NCBI GenBank assembly: GCA_964016885.1
Contig: OZ024740.1
Span: forward strand, 395,498,001-395,562,000
Length of the DNA: 64,000 bases
Reading direction: 5' to 3'
DNA from: Eledone cirrhosa
Lineage: Eukaryota
Part shown: positions 41,201-53,161 of the stretch, piece after piece
How the letters are laid out: each line of letters opens with the position of its first letter
How positions within the stretch are numbered: the first letter of the stretch is position 1
The notes under the pieces: model-generated
What the model saw: the letters and a program-made list of their open reading frames with translations, nothing else
Databases searched by the model: none
What the model was told of the DNA's origin: nothing
Translations under genes and position numbers: made by a program

Positions 41201-44200
41201 GTCTGTACACCACTGGGCTAACCTGGTGTTATACAACAACTGTCTGTACACCACTGGGCTAACCTGGTGCTATAGAACAACTGTCTGTACACCATTGGGC
41301 TAACCTGGTGCTATACAACAACTGTCTGTACACCACTGGGCTAACCTGGTATTATACAACAACTGTCTGTACACCACTGGGCTAACCTGGTGTTATACAA
41401 CAACTATCTATACACCACTGGGCTAACCTGGTGCTATACAACAACTGTCTTTACACCACTGGGCTAACCTGGTGTTATACAACAACTGTCTCAACACCAC
41501 TGGGCTAACCAGGTGTTATACAACAACTGTCTGTACACCACTGGGCTAACCTGATGTTATACAACAACTGTCTGTACACCACTTGGCTAACCTGGTGTTA
41601 TACAACAACTATCTGTACACCACTGGGCTAACCTGGTGTTATACAACAACTGTCTGTACACCACTGGGCTAACCTGGTGCTATACAACAACTGTCTGTAC
41701 ACCACTGGGCTAACCTGGTGCTATACAGCAACTGTCTATATACCACTGGGCTAACCTGGTGCTATACAACAACTGTCTGTACACCACTGGGCTATCCTTG
41801 TGCTATACAACAACTGTCTTTACACCACTGGGCTAACCTGGTGTTATACAACAACTGTCTGTACACCACTGGGCTAACCTGGTGCTATACAACAACTGTC
41901 TGTACACCACTGGGCTAACCTGGTATTATACAACAACTATCTATACACCACTGGGCTAACCTGGTGTTATACAACAACTGTCTGTACACCACTGGGCTAA
42001 CCTGGTGTTATACAACAACTGTCTGTACACCACTGGGCTAGCCTGGTGCTATACAACAACTATCTATACACCACTGAGCTAACCTGGGTGTTATACAACA
42101 ACTGTCTATACACCACTGGGCTAACCTGGTGCTATACAACAACTGTCTGTACACCACTGGGCTAACCTAGTGCTATACAACAATTGTCTGTACACCACTG
42201 GGCTAACCTGGTGTTATACAACAACTGTCTGTACACCACTGGGCTAACCTGGTGTTATACAACAACTGTCTGTACACCACTGGGCTAACCTGGTGTTATA
42301 CAAGAACTGTCTGTACACCACTGGGCTAACCTGGTGCTATACAACTGCCTTTACACCACTGGGCTAACCTGGTGTTATACAATAACTGTCTGTACACCAC
42401 TGGGCTAACCTGGTGCTATACAACAACTGTCTGTACACCACTGGGCTAACCTGGTGTTATACAACAACTGTCTGTACACCACTGGGCTAACCTGGTATTA
42501 TACAACAACTGTCTGTACACCACTGGGCTAACCTGGTGTTATACAACAACTGTCTGTACACCACTGGGCTAACCTGGTGCTATAAAACAACTGTCTGTAC
42601 ACCACTGGGGTAACCTGGTGCTATACAACAACTGTTTGTACACCACTGGGCTAGCCTGGTGCTATACAACAACTGTCTCTACACCACTGGGCTAACCTGG
42701 TGCTATACAACAACTGTCTCTACACCACTGGGCTAACCTGGTGATATACAACAACTGTCTCTACACCACTGGACTAACCTGGTGCTATACAGCAACTGTC
42801 TGTATACCACTCGGCTAACCTGGTGTTATACAACAACTGTCTGTACACCACTGGGCTAACTTAGTGTTATACAACAACTGTCTGTATACCACTGGGCTAA
42901 CCTGGTGTTATACAACAACTGTCTGTACACCACTGGGCTAACCTGGTGCTAGACAACAACTGTCTGTTCACCACTGGGCTAACCTGGTGCTATACAACAA
43001 CTGTCTGTACACCACTGGGCTAACCTGGTATTATACAACAACTGTCTGTACACCACTGGGCTAACCTGGTGTTATACAACAACTATCTATACACCACTGG
43101 GCTAACCTGGTGCTATACAACAACTGTCTTTACACCACTGGGCTAACCTGGTGTTATACAACAACTGTCTCAACACCACTGGGCTAACCTGGTGTTATAC
43201 AACAACTGTCTGTACACCACTGGGCTAACCTGATGTTATACAACAACTGTCTGTACACCACTTGGCTAACCTGGTGTTATACAACAACTATCTGTACACC
43301 ACTGGGCTAACCTGGTGTTATACAACAACTGTCTGTACACCACTGGGCTAACCTGGTGCTATACAACAACTGTCTGTACACCACTGGACTAACCTGGTGC
43401 TATACAGCAACTGTCTATATACCACTGGGCTAACCTGGTGCTATACAACAACTGTCTGTACACCACTGGGCTATCCTTGTGCTATACAACAACTGTCTTT
43501 ACACCACTGGGCTAACCTGGTGTTATACAACAACTGTCTGTACACCACTGGGCTAACCTGGTGCTATACAACAACTGTCTGTACACCACTGGGCTAACCT
43601 GGTATTATACAACAACTATCTATACACCACTGGGCTAACCTGGTGTTATACAACAACTGTCTGTACACCACTGGGCTAACCTGGTGTTATACAACAACTG
43701 TCTGTACACCACTGGGCTAACCTGGTGCTATACAACAACTATCTATACACCACTGAGCTAACCTGGGTGTTATACAACAACTGTCTATACACCACTGGGC
43801 TAACCTGGTGTTATACAACAACTGTCTGTACACCACTGGGGTAACCTGGTGCTATACAACAACTGTCTGTACACCACTGGGCTAACCTAGTGCTATACAA
43901 CAATTGTCTGTACACCACTGGGCTAACCTGGTGTTATACAACAACTGTCTGTACACCACTGGGCTAACCTGATGTTATACAACAACTGTCTGTACACCAC
44001 TGGGCTAACCTGGTGTTATACAAGAACTGTCTGTACACCACTGGGCTAACCTGGTGCTATACAACTGCCTTTACACCACTGGGCTAACCTGGTGTTATAC
44101 AATAACTGTCTGTACACCACTGGGCTAACCTGGTGCTATACAACAACTGTCTGTACACCACTGGGCTAACCTGGTGTTATACAACAACTGTCTGTACACC

Positions 44201-46404
44201 ACTGGGCTAACCTGGTATTATACAACAACTGTCTGTACACCACTGGGCTAACCTGGTGTTATACAACAACTGTCTGTACACCACTGGGCTAACCTGGTGC
44301 TATACAACAACTGTCTGTACACCACTGGGGTAACCTGGTGCTATACAACAACTGTTTGTACACCACTGGGCTAGCCTGGTGCTATACAACAACTGTCTCT
44401 ACACCACTGGGCTAACCTGGTGCTATACAACAACTGTCTGTACACCACTGGGGTAACCTGGTGCTATACAACAACTGTTTGTACACCACTGGGCTAACCT
44501 GGTGATATACAACAACTGTCTCTACACCACTGGACTAACCTGGTGCTATACAGCAACTGTCTGTATACCACTCGGCTAACCTGGTGTTATACAACAACTG
44601 TCTGTACACCACTGGGCTAACTTAGTGTTATACAACAACTGTCTGTATACCACTGGGCTAACCTGGTGTTATACAACAACTGTCTGTACACCACTGGGCT
44701 AACCTGGTGCTAGACAACAACTGTCTGTTCACCACTGGGCTAACCTGGTGCTATACAACAACTGTCTGTACACCACTGGGCTAACCTGGTGCTATACAAC
44801 AACTGTCTCTACACCACTGGGCTAACCTGGTGCTATACAAAAACTGTCTCTACACCACTGGGCTAACCTGGTGCTATACAACAACTGTCTCTACATCACT
44901 GGGCTAACCTGGTGTTATACAACAACTGTCTGCAACCACTGGGCTAACCTGGTGCTATACAACAACTGTCTGTACACCACTTGGCTAACCTGGTATTATA
45001 CAACAACTGTCTGTACACCACTGGGCTAACCTGGTGCTATAAAACAACTGTCTGTACACCACTGGGCTAACCTGGTGTTATACAACAACTGTCTGTATAC
45101 CACTGGGCTAACCTGGTGTTATACAACAACTGTCTGTACACCACTGGGCTAACCTGGTGCTAGACAACAACTGTCTGTACACCACTGGGCTAACCTGGTG
45201 CTATACAGCAACTGTCTGTACACCACTGGGCTAATTTGGTGCTATACAACAACAGTCTGTACACCACTGGGCTAACCTGGTGCTATACAACAACTGTCTG
45301 TACACCAATGGGCTAACCTGGTCGTATACAACAACTGTCTTTACACCACTGGGCTAACCTGGTGCTATACAACAACTGTTTGTACACCACTGGGCTAACC
45401 TGGTGTTATACAACAACTGTCTGTACACCACTGGGCTAACCTGGTACTATACAACAACTGTCTGTACACCACTGGGCTAACCTGGTGTTAGACAACAACT
45501 GTCTGTACACCACTGGGCTAACCTGGTGTTATACAACAACTGTCTGTACACCACTGGACTAACCTGGTGTTATACAACTATCTATACACCACTGGGCTAA
45601 GCTGGTGCTATACAACAACTGTCTGTACACCACTGGGCTAACCTGGTGTTATACAACAACTGTCTGTACACCACTGGGCTAACCTGGTGCTATACAACAA
45701 CTGTTTGTACACCACTGGGCTAACCTGGGTGTTATACAACAACTGTCTGTACACCACTGGGCTAACCTGGTACTATACAACAACTGTCTGTACACCACTG
45801 GGCTAACCTGGTGCTATACAACAACTGTCTGTACACCACTGGGCTAACCTGGTGTTAGACAACAACTGTCTGTACACCACTGGGCTAACCTGGTGTTATA
45901 CAACAACTATCTATACACCACTGGGCTAACCTGGTGCTATACAACAACTGTCTGTACACCACTGGGCTAACCTGGTGTTAGACAACAACTGTCTGTACAC
46001 CACTGGGCTAACCTGGTGTTAGACAACAACTGTCTGTACACCACTGGGCTAACCTGGTGTTATACAACAACTGTCTGTACACCACTGGGCTAACCTGGTG
46101 TTATACAACAACTGTCTGTACACCACTGGGCTAACCTGGTGCTATACAACAACTGTCTGTACACCACTGGGCTAACCTGGTGTTATACAACAAGTGTCTG
46201 TATACCACTGGGCTAACCTGGTGCTATACAACAACTGTCTGTACACCACTGGGCTAACCTGGTGCTATACAACAACTGTCTGTACACCACTGGGCTAACC
46301 TGGTGTTATACAACAACTGTCTGTACACTACTGGGCTAACCTGGTGTTATACAACAACTGTCTGTACACTACTGAGCTAACCTGGTGTTATACAACAACT
46401 ATCT
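8229..46404. repeat. 41-bp tandem satellite array, ~38.2 kb, ~930 copies; consensus acctggtgYtatacaacaactgtctgtacaccactgggcta
   Basis: Continuous head-to-tail period of 41 with sparse substitutions and 1-3 bp indels; no insertion or inversion seen. Confidence 0.99.
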
Positions 46405-46559
46405 AAATGCCATAAGACTTTTGGATCAGGGATCACCTGGTGTTATACAACAACTTTATAAATGCCATAAGACTTTTGGATCAGGGATCACCTGATGTTA
46501 TACAACAACTGTCTGCATGTCACAGGATTGCTGGTTAAAAAGTGACCTTGGGCTAAACA
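46380..46559. repeat. Three 55-bp satellite-related units plus a partial fourth at the array edge
   Basis: acct starts at 46380, 46435, 46490 and 46545 (period 55); the first 21 bp match the 41-mer in the first three units. Confidence 0.9.
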
Positions 46560-46579
46560 TAAAACACTATTAAGCTAAA

Positions 46580-46725
46580 AGCTAGACCTGCTAGAAATAA
46601 AATTCAAGATTCCCTCGAATCATACCTTACCATCTTATAAAATGGAAGGATACATTAGGTAATGTAGTTTTAGATATTAAATTAAAAAACACATAATCGT
46701 AGTTGACCTAGGACTAAACAATACC
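46580..46725 (+). mobile_element. SINE-like family C copy
   Basis: gacctgctagaaata...ccctcgaatcataccttaccatctt...aatgtagt...tgacctaggactaaacaa. Confidence 0.65.
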
Positions 46726-46777
46726 CAGGCATAATAAATACAGGTATCATCAACAAGAACAGTTATGAAGCCAATAG

Positions 46778-46970
46778 TGGAACCTCTACATGGTCGTTTG
46801 ACTAGCTAAAAACAACTGTCAAATCTCCCACAGTTCTTATAAAAAGATGTATTGAACAATGTAGTCTTGAGTTCATATCACGCAGGAAAACTATGAAATG
46901 ATTTTAATTGTAATACCTTTGATCACTCTACTTACTGCCATATAAAAGGAACAGCTAAACAGCAAGAACA
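46778..46970 (+). mobile_element. SINE-like family C copy (degenerate)
   Basis: ggaacctctacatggtcgtttgactagcta...caaatctccc...aatgtagtc...aatacctttgatca...gctaaacagcaa. Confidence 0.6.
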
Positions 46971-47099
46971 TTCTTATCTCTTTCTCACCTGACTTCTCTT
47001 TGTACAAGATGAAGTTTCAAAGGTGTGCAATTTCAAGAGGAATGTCTTGATAAAGAGTTTAGTGTTAGACTCAGCAAAGAGTTCAGTATTGATGGCAAA

Positions 47100-47462
47100 T
47101 ATCAGCAACAATATAGCAATAAATAATAACAATAACAACTGCAACAAAACCAACAGTAACATTATTAACAACAACTGCAGTGGCAATAACAACTGCAGCA
47201 GCAATAAAAGCCACTGCAGTTGAATAACTACAGCAGCAATAACAGCAACTGCAGCAGCAATAACAGCCACTGCAGTTGAATAACAACTGCAGCAGTAATA
47301 ACAGCAACTGCATCAACTGCAGCAGCAATAATAGCCACTGCAGCTGTAATAACTCTGACTATACAACAACAGAACATCAGCTACATTAATATTACCAACA
47401 GTTGCAACTGTGAAAATAACAGTAGTTGCAATGGCAACAAATATAACAACTGCAATAGTAAT
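47100..47462. repeat. Degenerate CAA/CAG/TAA low-complexity tract with ~22-bp aactgcagcagcaataacagcc units
   Basis: Direct reading. Confidence 0.8.
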
Positions 47463-47464
47463 AA

Positions 47465-47670
47465 TTGTTTCTACTTTAGGCACAAGGCCAGCAATTTCAA
47501 GGGAGAGGAAAGTTGATTAAATCAACCCCAGTGCATTACTGGTGCTTTATTTTATCAGCCCATAAGGATGAAAGGCAAAGCTAACCTCGGCAGGATTTGA
47601 ACTCAGAACGTAAAGGGCCATAACTTTATGCTGCAAAGCATGGTGTCTGACGCTCTACCGATTCTGCCAG
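47465..47670 (-). mobile_element. SINE family B, near full length
   Basis: Minus strand starts ctggcagaatcggtagagcgtcagac (A-box-like), then B-box gagttcaaatcc and the core cttgcctttcatcc-like segment; homologous to 1703-1862. Confidence 0.85.
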
Positions 47671-47699
47671 TAAGAATAGTAAGAATAGCCACATGAATA

Positions 47700-48122
47700 C
47701 CAACAAGAACTTCAACAATGATAACAGCAACATAACTGTAACATTAACAACAACAACAATAACAACAACTGCAACAGTAATAACAACAACATAAATAACA
47801 AGGACAACAATGTGAATAACAACAACAGTAGCAACAACAACAACTGTAACAACATCAACAATAGCAACAACAACAACAATAGCAACAATAACTGTAGCAA
47901 CATCAACAACAGTAACAACAACAACTGTAGCAACAACAACAACTGTAACATCAACAACAGCAACAATTGCAAGCTCATAAAGAATGTAACAACTCACATA
48001 AATTACTAACAACAACAATAACAGTAATAATAATAATCACAACAACAACAACAATGATAGCACCAAAAACAACAATAATAATAATAACAGCAATAAGAAC
48101 AACAACAAAAGCAACAACAACA
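47700..48122. repeat. Degenerate (CAA)n microsatellite
   Basis: Direct reading. Confidence 0.9.
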
Positions 48123-48207
48123 TGTTTTCATTTGTAAAAGTAACAATGTAAGAATTAGATTGGAACAAGGATTAATCAATAAGATGACTTTAACTAACCC
48201 TGCCCTA

Positions 48208-48432
48208 CCACATACATACATGCACACACACACACACACACACATACATACACATGCACGTACACACATACATACACAAATAAACACACACACACACGCA
48301 TACACAAATAAACACACACACACACATGCATACACAAATAAACGCATTCAATATTTATGCACACACACATTCAGACATGCACATTTTCCCACTTGTACAC
48401 TTACTCACACACACACACACACACACACACAG
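48208..48432. repeat. (CA)n-rich microsatellite
   Basis: Direct reading. Confidence 0.9.
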
Positions 48433-48497
48433 TCACATACCATAGCTTGCATTATCTGCATTGCACCACCACCACCTTCCCCACTAACACCATCACT

Positions 48498-49285
48498 ATA
48501 TGGTTGTTAAACCTGCTAGAAACAGCAGCCAAATCCTCCTGAGATCCCACCCCATAGTCTTAAAAAAATGAATTGCACATTAGATAATGTAGTCATTGAT
48601 ACACAAAAAGATAAGGTCCTGACTATGTTTAGTAGCTCAGAGCTGGAGTTAAACAGATGCCGCACATCAACTACAACATGAGCCAAGGAGAGAGAATGTT
48701 TATGGTCACTTGACCTGCTATCAAAAGCTACCAAATCTCCCTCAGATCACACACTACCATCTTTAAAAAAGACATGCTGCATAATGTGATCCTGAGTTCC
48801 CTACACACAGTAAAATCATTGGATGGTCACAACTGGAATACCTTTAATCATAGGTCTGTTTGATCAGTGCTGACAACAATGAGCCAACATAGGAGCCTCT
48901 ACATGGCTACTCAGCCCACTAGAAAAAGGAGCCAAATTCGCCTAAAAACTGCTGTCTTAACACGTTAGCCTTCACATTACTTTATATTTACTATTGTATT
49001 TTCATGGTAAAGGCTTTACCTGACATAATTATCTCACATAATATTGAAACTATGAGATTTTGATATTATTTATTTTGAGAACAATATCTTAACATCAGTA
49101 TGAGTATGAGCAGACAGTTACAGTCAGTTTGAACAGAAAGGGGTGAAAGAATTCTGGCTGGATACGGCCAGTTTAAATACTAAAGGGTTAAACAAGGTAG
49201 AACACAATTTGTATTAGAAACTTGAATATATTGTCTGAAATTAAGATGGGATGGTCATGACTGGAATGTTTTTATTATAGTCAAG
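48498..49285 (+). mobile_element. Cluster of three family C copies (~48498-48640, ~48700-48880, ~48891-49285; the last is split by a MITE)
   Basis: Recurrent atggtNNNtNacctgctagaaa..agccaaatc motif at 48500, 48702 and 48903; gatggtcaNNactggaat at 48822 and 49250. Confidence 0.7.
48961..49187. mobile_element. TTAA-flanked MITE (piggyBac-type ends)
   Basis: ttaa|cacgttag ... ctaaaggg|ttaa (TSD 48957-60 and 49188-91); termini match 6/8; interrupts a family C copy. Confidence 0.6.
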
Positions 49286-49424
49286 TTAAAGTCAGTCACA
49301 AGCTTAGAGGCTCACTAGACCAGAGCTTAGCTCAGTTTTATTGGCATTAGGTTACTGTAAGTACAAGACTCCCTCCTAAATGGGAAACCAGTCCATCACA
49401 GAGTTAATCCTCAACTGCAGCTGC

Positions 49425-49565
49425 TCATTTTCAGCTGAGTTGACTAGAGCAATGTGAAATGAAGTGTATTGCTCAAGAACACAATGTGAAACTTGGTCTA
49501 GAAATTGATCCCACAACATTATCATCATAAACCCAACTCTTTTATTACTAGGCTATGTGCCATCA
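49425..49565 (-). mobile_element. CORE-like tRNA SINE head
   Basis: cagctgagt...aagtgtattgctcaagaacacaa...ctaggctatgtgcc aligns with 2447-2577. Confidence 0.75.
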
Positions 49566-49589
49566 TTCTTTTGTCATAGATTTTGTAAA

Positions 49590-50835
49590 TTCACCACCAC
49601 CATCACCAACACAATCATCATCATTATCATCAGGGACAGCTTTACCATTCTATCACTGTCTTCAATAGCAACAAGAATAATAACATTAATATAAATGTCA
49701 GCAGCAGTAAAACTACCATTTCCACTACCACCATTACTGCTGCTGCTACGGCCACCATTACCACCACCACCATCATCATCATCATCGTCAATGCTTCATC
49801 ATCTTCGACACTACCATCAATCCCCAGAAAGATCATTATCTCTTATGCAGCCTCTTTACTTCTACCAGCACCAACAACAACAACAACAACATCAACACCT
49901 CAGCCACCATTATCAACATCACTAATGCTGCTTCATTTTTCAACCACTACCGCCACCACCACCACCACCACTACTACCACCACCACCACCACTATCACTA
50001 CTATTACTACCACCACGACCACCACTACTACTACTACTACCACCTTCAACAACAACACCACCACCACCACCTACCACCTTCACACCCTTGAAATATCATT
50101 ATCACTTACGTAGCTTTGTTACTCTTAACACTACCATCTCCCCCTTCACTATTATCAACATCACTTCCTCCCCCTCCAACACTTCCTCCCCCTCCATCAC
50201 TACCTCTCTCTCCATCACAATCATCTTAACTATTACCACCACCACCACCACCACCCCACCACCATTGCTACAACCATCAATAACACCAGCATTACTATTA
50301 CCACCTTCATGACAATCCCTACCCCTGCTACTACAATCAATACTACCATCACAACCACCACCAGAACCACCCTCCGCCATCACTGCCACCACCACCACCA
50401 TCACAACTACCACTACTGCAGCTACTTTAATAGCACTGTCACTAATACTACCATCACCATCACCACTACATCAGCCAACACTGCTACTGCCACCAATACC
50501 ACCACCACAATACTAACGCCATCACCGCTACTACCATCAATACTGCCACCACAACTGCTACTACCACCAATACCACCCCAATACATCTACCTCTACTGCT
50601 ACTACCACCAATACCACCCCAATACATCTACCTCTACTGCTACTACCACCAATACCACCCCAATACATCTACCTCTACTGCTACTACCACCAATACCACC
50701 CCAATACATCTACCTCTACTGCTACTACCACCAATACCACCCTAATACATCTACCTCTACTGCTACTACCACCAATACCACCCTAATACATTCACCTCTA
50801 CAACCACCACTGCTACTACTACAACTACTACTACA

Positions 50836-50869
<34 letters not shown>

Positions 50870-51030
50870 TCATATCACCGCCACTTCCAATGCTACCACT
50901 GCTGCTACCATCAATACCACCAACATCACTACTTCACTTCTACTACCACAGTCACCACTACTACCATCATTACCAACACTGCTTCAGCCACTACTACCTC
51001 CACTACCAACACCACTACCACTGCTATTAC
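49590..51030. repeat. Long degenerate (CAC/CAT/TAC)n trinucleotide region
   Basis: Direct reading; extreme C+A strand skew. Confidence 0.9.
50555..50800. repeat. 41-bp minisatellite, ~6 copies (ctgctactaccaccaataccaccccaatacatctacctcta)
   Basis: Unit starts at 50555, 50596, 50637, 50678, 50719 and 50760. Confidence 0.92.
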
Positions 51031-51840
51031 CACCACCCCACCACAACACCCTCCAACACAACCAGCACCATCAACACCACCACCACCACCACCCCACCAC
51101 AACACCCTCCACACCACCACCACCACCACGACACCCTCCACACCACCACCCCACCACAACACCCTCCAACACAACCAGCACCATCAATACCATCACCACC
51201 CCACCACGACACCCTCCAACACAACCAGCACCACCACCTCCACCACCACCTCACCACGACACCCTCCAACACAACCAGCACCATCAACACCAACACCACC
51301 ACCACCACCACCCCACCACCCTCCAACACAAGCAGCACCATCAACACCATCACACCACGACACCCTCCAACACAACCAGCTCCATCAACACCACCACCAC
51401 CCCACCATGACACCCTCCAACACAACCACCACCACCACCACCACCATCACCACCCCCACCACGATACCCTCCAACACAACCACCACCACCACCACCACCA
51501 CCACCCCACCACGACACCCTCCAACACAACCACCACCACCACCACCACCATCACCACCCCCACCACGATACCCTCCAACACAACCACCACCACCACCACC
51601 ACCACCACCCCACCACGACACCCTCCAACACAACCACCACCACCACCACCACCATCACCACCCCACCACGACACCCTCCAACACAACCACCACCACCACC
51701 ACCATCACCACCCCACCACGACACCCTCCAACACAACCAACACAACCAGCACCATCACCACCCCACCACGACACCCTCCAACACAACCAGCACCACCACC
51801 ACACCACCACGACACCCTCCAACACAACCAGCTCCAACAA
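51030..51840. repeat. Variable-length minisatellite: ccccaccacgacaccctccaacacaacca core plus (cac)n spacer
   Basis: caccctccaacacaa core recurs about 15 times at roughly 40-60 bp spacing. Confidence 0.88.
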
Positions 51841-52304
51841 CACCCCTCCTCTCACTCTCTCTACTTTTATTAGTGTTTCACTGTTTTGGTTTGATCCAGA
51901 AAATCCCTCTGATCGCCACCCTCTCCCCCCCCCCCTTCCTGTGTCCTGTCTCATTAAAGCAATCTGTTGGCTTTCCTGGCTGAAGATGTAATAAGAGGAG
52001 GATGTAACACACACAGTATGTTAAATGTAAGCAAGAGTAGCAGTGGTTGGTGGGTGAGAGTGCGGGTGAGGGTGGGGGTGAGGGTGAGAGAAGGGCTGTG
52101 TGAGCAAAAACAACAAAAGCATTAAAATAATGAGTGGGTGGTGGGATTTGTTGGGGGCAGGGAAGGGGGAAGTTGATGAAAGCAACAATATTGATATTTG
52201 TTGTTATATATTGGCCTCATAATATTAGCTGCTTGTGTGTGTATGTGTATATATGTGTGTGTCCTCATCATCATTTAACATGTATATGTATATTATGTAT
52301 CTGC

Positions 52305-52354
<50 letters not shown>

Positions 52355-52361
52355 ATATATA

Positions 52362-52392
<31 letters not shown>

Positions 52393-52694
52393 GTGTATAT
52401 ATATATACACACACACATATATATATATATACACATGCATATACATAATATACATATATATATACACACATATACCATATATACATACATAAATGGATAT
52501 ATATTTCGCTCTATATTAATTTAGGTAATGTTTTACATATGCAACTGAAAACATATATGCTGACACATGCAACCACACATACACACATACACATACATAC
52601 ACACATATACACACACACATACACACACATATATACAATCATACATATATAAATATATATATGTGTGTGTGTGCGTGTGTGTGTGTGTGTGTGT

Positions 52695-52850
52695 GTAGAT
52701 CAAGAATAAACAAAAGAAACGCAGAGATGCAGAAACACATAGTCTCATTAGTTTCATGCTTGAGAATGAAGGTAAAGAAATAGGGAAATAAATAAATGTT
52801 TCAACATATCAGACATTCGTCCTTCATCAGGAAGGAGAGGATGGAAGATT
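52695..52850 (-). mobile_element. Second copy of the hammerhead-bearing dispersed repeat (degenerate)
   Basis: Minus strand: ttc CTGATGA a ggac gaat gtct GAtAt gtt gaa, and downstream tcaagcatgaaactaat. Confidence 0.6.
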
Positions 52851-53161
52851 GGAAAATAAAGCTTTTTTAAGACAGAGGACGAAGGCAGGCAAATAGTCTG
52901 GTGTGTAGTGGCTGGAGCCTAGGTGGAGATCCCAGGTGTATCACTGGTACTGTTACAGGTGTGCAGATGGAGGGAATTTCGTGGATGTGTATGTCATTGA
53001 TGTTATTTCTCTTTTGAGAGTTTGTGCGTTGTGTATTGGTGATGGAAGTGAGTGTGTGTACATGTTTGTTTTTATGTGTGTGATACTGTAAACGCATGTG
53101 TATGTGTATGTATGAATGTGTGTGTATATACATGTGTGTCTGATTTTTTTATATATATATA

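Noticed and set aside
29195-43597. 66-70 aa ORFs inside the satellite
   Set aside because: They arise when a variant removes the periodic TAA; 41 is not a multiple of 3; most starts are GTG or TTG.
8229-46404. CRISPR array
   Set aside because: Units are contiguous with no unique spacers, there are no cas genes, and the context is eukaryotic.
8229-46404. Hammerhead-containing satellite, as in newt, cricket or schistosome
   Set aside because: The 41-mer has no CTGANGA or GAAA core on either strand.
46974-48510. Poly-Asn, poly-Leu and poly-Val ORFs
   Set aside because: Translations of (CAA)n and (CA)n microsatellites.
50309-51991. 560-aa mucin- or extensin-like Pro/Thr/His ORF
   Set aside because: Stop-poor CAC repeats open several frames, and the 41-bp units cycle through frames, so there is no sign of coding constraint.
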